DNA of 54,286 nucleotides, filler included, from Porpidia crustulata (Eukaryota): NCBI GenBank assembly GCA_964255105.1. It is 4 parts of 4 records of this genome, joined end to end, with 100 filler letters (N's around TTAATTAATTAA, not from the genome) between each part and the next. Parts side by side here need not be neighbours in the genome. Positions count along the whole stretch, not along the records: positions 40,828 to 54,286 come from CAXUWE010000440.1; 3 more parts are not named here. One strand, 5' to 3'. Shown piece by piece: positions 50,019 to 54,286 of this stretch (position 1 is its first letter; each line of letters starts with the position of its first letter). The notes under the pieces were generated by a model. It saw only the letters and a program-made list of their open reading frames with translations, ran no database searches and was not told where the DNA came from. The position numbers and the translations under genes were made by a program.

Positions 50019-50794
50019 TTCTCGGAAGCTGGGAATTTGAGATGCGTCAGAAAAGATATGTCCGAAGCGGTGATAAACTATGAAAATAAGCGCATGACAG
50101 GCAGTTGACGTTGGATGAACCCACAAGTACCAGTGGTAGGTACTTGTTGAAGTGACTATGCTTCTAAAAGAATTGATATTAGATGTTCACCTGGTCCAAA
50201 GTCGGAACGACGACATGAAGGTCTTCCCCGGTTTGAGCTTAAATTGAAATGGCTAATCACAAGCGACCCTTCGTCATCGACCAATCACAACAGGACGCTG
50301 AAGGTATTAAATTTTACCTATTGACAATGACTGAAAGCAAGCTCTCCAAGCCAGTCAACCACGCCCGATGAAAGCCGACGAGTAGGAGACAATATCCCCC
50401 ATCAAGGCAAGCTGACAAGCTCATGTTCGTAATGATCACTATCCTGGCGTAATTCTCTCCTAGGACTTCCCCTATATTCCGTACCATGCCGAGAGCTTCA
50501 ACGAACAATCGGCACTGTACAAAATGTCGAGCAGTAGTTACGGCCACCTCCCCGTCAGTCGCTTGGAGACTACAAGGGGTTATGTAACCCCCTCATGCAA
50601 GTTCGTGACAGTCGAAGATTGCATCCTCGGAACGCTACTGCTCTATGTACTTGAAGCTAATACAATATGTCCATGCTTCCAGAGTTACCACATTGTACTG
50701 CTAGACAATCAGGTCTTCCCGTGTCCATTCACATCATAAAAATTGCCCACCACCCAGCACCACGCTGAAATCGCACGTCAAAAATGTCAATGCG

Positions 50795-53700
50795 CTATAG
50801 ACGCCCGTGCTGTCAAGATCTCCAAGTTAGCGAGGCGACGGAGCTTCTGAATTTATCATCATGCTTACCCTAGCCTTGAAGATAGTTATCTTGTCGTCGT
50901 AAAATAAAATCTCCCTCAACTTTAGTTTTGGTCGGTTCCTGCCATCCTGCGATGAGTCATCATCGTCCGAGTCTCCAACGCTGTCGTCTGCCACAATCGA
51001 GTCCGTTTCATCCGAGTCTACGTGTAGATTAGAGCCAGGAGCTCCGGCCGTATCCGTGTCATCGTCTTCATCATCGTCGTCGTCGTCGCCCCCGTCACTA
51101 TCTTCGTCTGTATCGCCTACGCCGTCTGGGCCTGCGGTGGTGGAGCTTGCTGCCGAATTATTGTATGGAAATGACGATTCGTCATGGTTCCTATTTTCTA
51201 GTATCTCGAAGCACTTTTTCATGAGCCCCATGTAACAGAGCTCGGTTGCTGGGCGAAGCGTGATTATGTCCACAATCTGTAAGGCTAATTCGTTTGAAGC
51301 TAAACGGTGGTTGTGTACATGATCCGCTATGTGAGGTACATATAATGAGCGTAAGTGCGGTATTTGGGGGAGCCTTTGAAGGAAGAAATGCTGGGGACTT
51401 CGTTAGCTACCTTATGGGCCTGGAAGTCACGTGCAGGTAGGAGGCAACGTACCCAATCCTTGTAGTCAATCGCCATTGCTAGTTCCTTCAAATTATCCAT
51501 CTTCCCACTAGTCATGAATGTCAGTAGCTCTCTGGAAAACATCCATTTTCGCCATTTTTCGTTACGTATTCGAGCATCTGAATGTCCAACGCCACTATCG
51601 ATAAGGATCTTCGTAAGGCTTGAACGATGGTGTCGGATAGGACCACGATATATTGCCTCAAGCGTGACTGGGGAAACATATTTCGAGACATCTGAGTCGG
51701 TCAGCCCGCTTTCTTCTTGGAAGAACATCCATTCTAGGCTATTGGGGGCTAAGGTCTCTTTCAAGAAGGAGATGAGAGAGGGTGAGACTCGATCGGTATG
51801 TATTCTCCTAAGTTTTAGTGGAAAATCGTGCGAGGAGTGTAGTTCGGCTTTCCTTGCAGGCGGCTTCTGCGATGCACACTTCGAAGCTGGGTGAACAGGA
51901 GTTCTGGTGTACTTGAGACTCGGTTTAGGAGTATATTTCCGCTTTAAAGCCTTCCACAGACTCTCATGTCTGTCGCATTGGAACAAAGTCAAGGACGTCA
52001 TCATACACCAATCGATTGTCCGTTGAAGAACAGCCACGTCCAATAGTACGCGTTCCAATTCCAGGATTTCAAGATGTAGCAACCTCCCGTTAGGTTCCGC
52101 ACGATGTTCAGTGATAGGTGCTCCCATCACCGGCTGTGAGGACAGCTGGAGTTGCTGCACTTCAGTGCCATCAGGCATTGGCGTGGCTGGCGCTTTCTGA
52201 GCAGATATCATCTGCACTAACCCTTTCTCCCCTTGCGGAACCGCCATATTTTGGGGTAAGCTTAGCTCCGTCGACTGGTTGAGTGACCCATTGCATAATG
52301 CAGCAGCCTCCTGAGGTGAGAGCGCTAGAGGATTCGAGACTACTACCTCTGCACTGGGATCTCCGCTTGGAGAAAGCGCTGGCCTCTCGATAGTTTCGGC
52401 GGTGATGGTCTCTTTTTCTACCTCCGCATTGATAGACTTCGTGACAAGTTTAGAGCTATCAGCACTGGCTAAAATCGGGCTTCTTTCTGTATAGCAGTCG
52501 TAGAATTTATTGACGAGTACGGCGAACTCGCCCCCAGATTCTAAGTTTCGGGTTGTAGAATCGTCGTTTGAAAGCGTGTTTCCCATATTGCCATTTTGCG
52601 TTGAAGCCCAGCCAGTCACACGGACATGAGATGCAATTCCAATCCGAAGCTCCCGTAACCTGTCAAGAGAGGATTCAATGAGTACGCCCAATTCAGCAAG
52701 ATACGCAATCTCATCGATATTAAGAACGCAGAGGCGCCGTAGAGGCGAGATGATAGAAAAACTTGGGTGCTCAATATGACGGTAGGACCATTCGGCTTTT
52801 GTCGGAACTGGCATGTCGTTACTAATCGCGTTGGATCCTGAAGCAATCGAGTTTGATGTAGCTCCAGCGGCAGCTTGTACAGGCTGCGCTATCGTGGTCG
52901 GATCCAACGGTATAGAAGCGGGGAGAATTTCTCTGTTGTCATGCAGACGAATCCACAAAGTGTCTAGTCTTGGCTGTCGCCCATGCTTGTGGTCACCTAG
53001 TGACGATAATGCAATCCAGATATCCCGTAGTATACCAGTGGGCATATCCCAGATGAAGCTTTGGAGATTGGGCATACGGGCTATCGTCAAAGCAACCAAG
53101 GTACCGAGCATTTTACCGCCTTCCTTGGTAATCATGTATTCTTGTACCCAGTCAGGAGGTCCATTTCCCAAGGAAAATTTTCGTGTGAACTGGGAGAAGA
53201 AGTTGCCCCTTCGAAGCCGTCGACTTGATCGACTCGGCTGAGTGAGTGATTTGCTCAAATGATTAACCATTCCGCAGTGGTTGCATGTGTAACCATGGTA
53301 AGCGCCATGACAAGATTCGTTGTGGCAGCTTAAAGCAGTGTCAAAAAGATCCTCTCTCATCACCAAAGTAGCCAGGCCATAGGTCAAGGCATCAACACCG
53401 TTCCGCGTCTCTGATGTGATATTTGAGTCTGGCCAGACGATATCGAATCGTGAGTAAATATGAGGTATGACAAGCTTATGAAGAGCAGAATGCGTTAGCG
53501 CGAGGGACGTGAGATCATTGGTATGTGTGACCTAGAGAATCATCAGTTCAGAGACGGAAGTTAAGCTCTCAAATACGGGTCCGACCTCTTTGATAATATC
53601 CTTTAGCATATCCATAGGCAAGTCAAGCAGCTGAAGTGGACCATGCTTTTTCTTTTCAACCACATTTGCTGATAATTCTTGTTTTGCCAGAGAACACTTC

Positions 53701-53852
53701 GCCAGCCCTAGCTTCATATCCTCAGGTTCAGCCAGCTCATCAGCTTTCAAGACATTCTCCTCCTGCACCACCGATGACACGACCGCAACTTCATCTTCGT
53801 TGTTCAAAATACTAGTTCCTTCTCTTGCGTCACTGCTCGATCCTAAGTCCAT
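50795..53852 (-). CDS. F-box domain protein (filamentous-fungal type), 4 exons
   Basis: LQLLDLPMDMLKDIIKE/VTHTNDLTSLALT F-box, YSRFDIVWP, SLGNGPPDWVQEY, WDMPTG, acidic tract, LKLREILFYDDKITIFKAR/HGRL*. Start codon uncertain. Confidence 0.85.
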
Positions 53853-54286
53853 GTCGGATTTTTGAATATGAGCGAAAGGTGTAAGTCTGAGAAGCTTTTT
53901 AAAGCAAAGGTAAACGAGTAAGGCAGATACGAAGGGTCTTGACAAGATATGGGAGCTTCTGGAAATTCTGCGGCCATCAGATCCTGTTGACGCGAGATAG
54001 CCGTCGGCCGTGAAGGTCAATCCGAGCCATGCTCTTATTCAAGATACCAGTTCCACCACGACTCATAATGTTTGAGTCAGGGTGGTCTGCGTTCAAAAGC
54101 GCTTCGGGAATTCCAAGTCTTCGAGTGTTGGTACTTTGATCGAAGACAGTTAGCTCGAGCCAGCTCATGTGAATGACCCGGCAACAACCTTAATACAGCC
54201 GAGTGTTTAAGCGTACTTTAGGCGGCACGACGGGGAGTTGATCCTTGCGATTGATAAATAAACACATAGATGGCTTGGATTTCTAT

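Overview
Intron-rich genomic DNA from a filamentous ascomycete (Pezizomycotina-type GT-AG introns, mostly 45-60 nt, with CTRAC branch sites). The window is four contig pieces joined by artificial 100-nt spacers (N44-TTAATTAATTAA-N44). Ordinary genes: Ksp1/Ran1-family kinase, adenosine kinase, Est1/SMG7-like protein, C2H2 zinc-finger protein (GC-AG intron), secreted App1-like phosphatase, Zn2Cys6 transcription factor, SCJ1 DnaJ, ERV25 p24, a small Cys-rich protein, two MFS transporters, an RTA1-like protein, MAM3/CNNM and an F-box protein. There are four decayed genes (SDR, BTB/POZ, aldo-keto reductase, HET). The standout is a 13-exon minus-strand gene (45988-40865) that I spliced by hand into one frame of about 1292 aa. 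It has a guanylate-binding-protein (GBP)/atlastin-type GTPase, a long helical stalk, and a C-terminal aerolysin-type beta-pore-forming domain. An in-phase alternative terminal exon inside intron 8 would give a toxin-free GBP isoform. This looks like an undescribed fungal immune or cell-death effector. All family calls come from motif recognition by eye; no searches were run.
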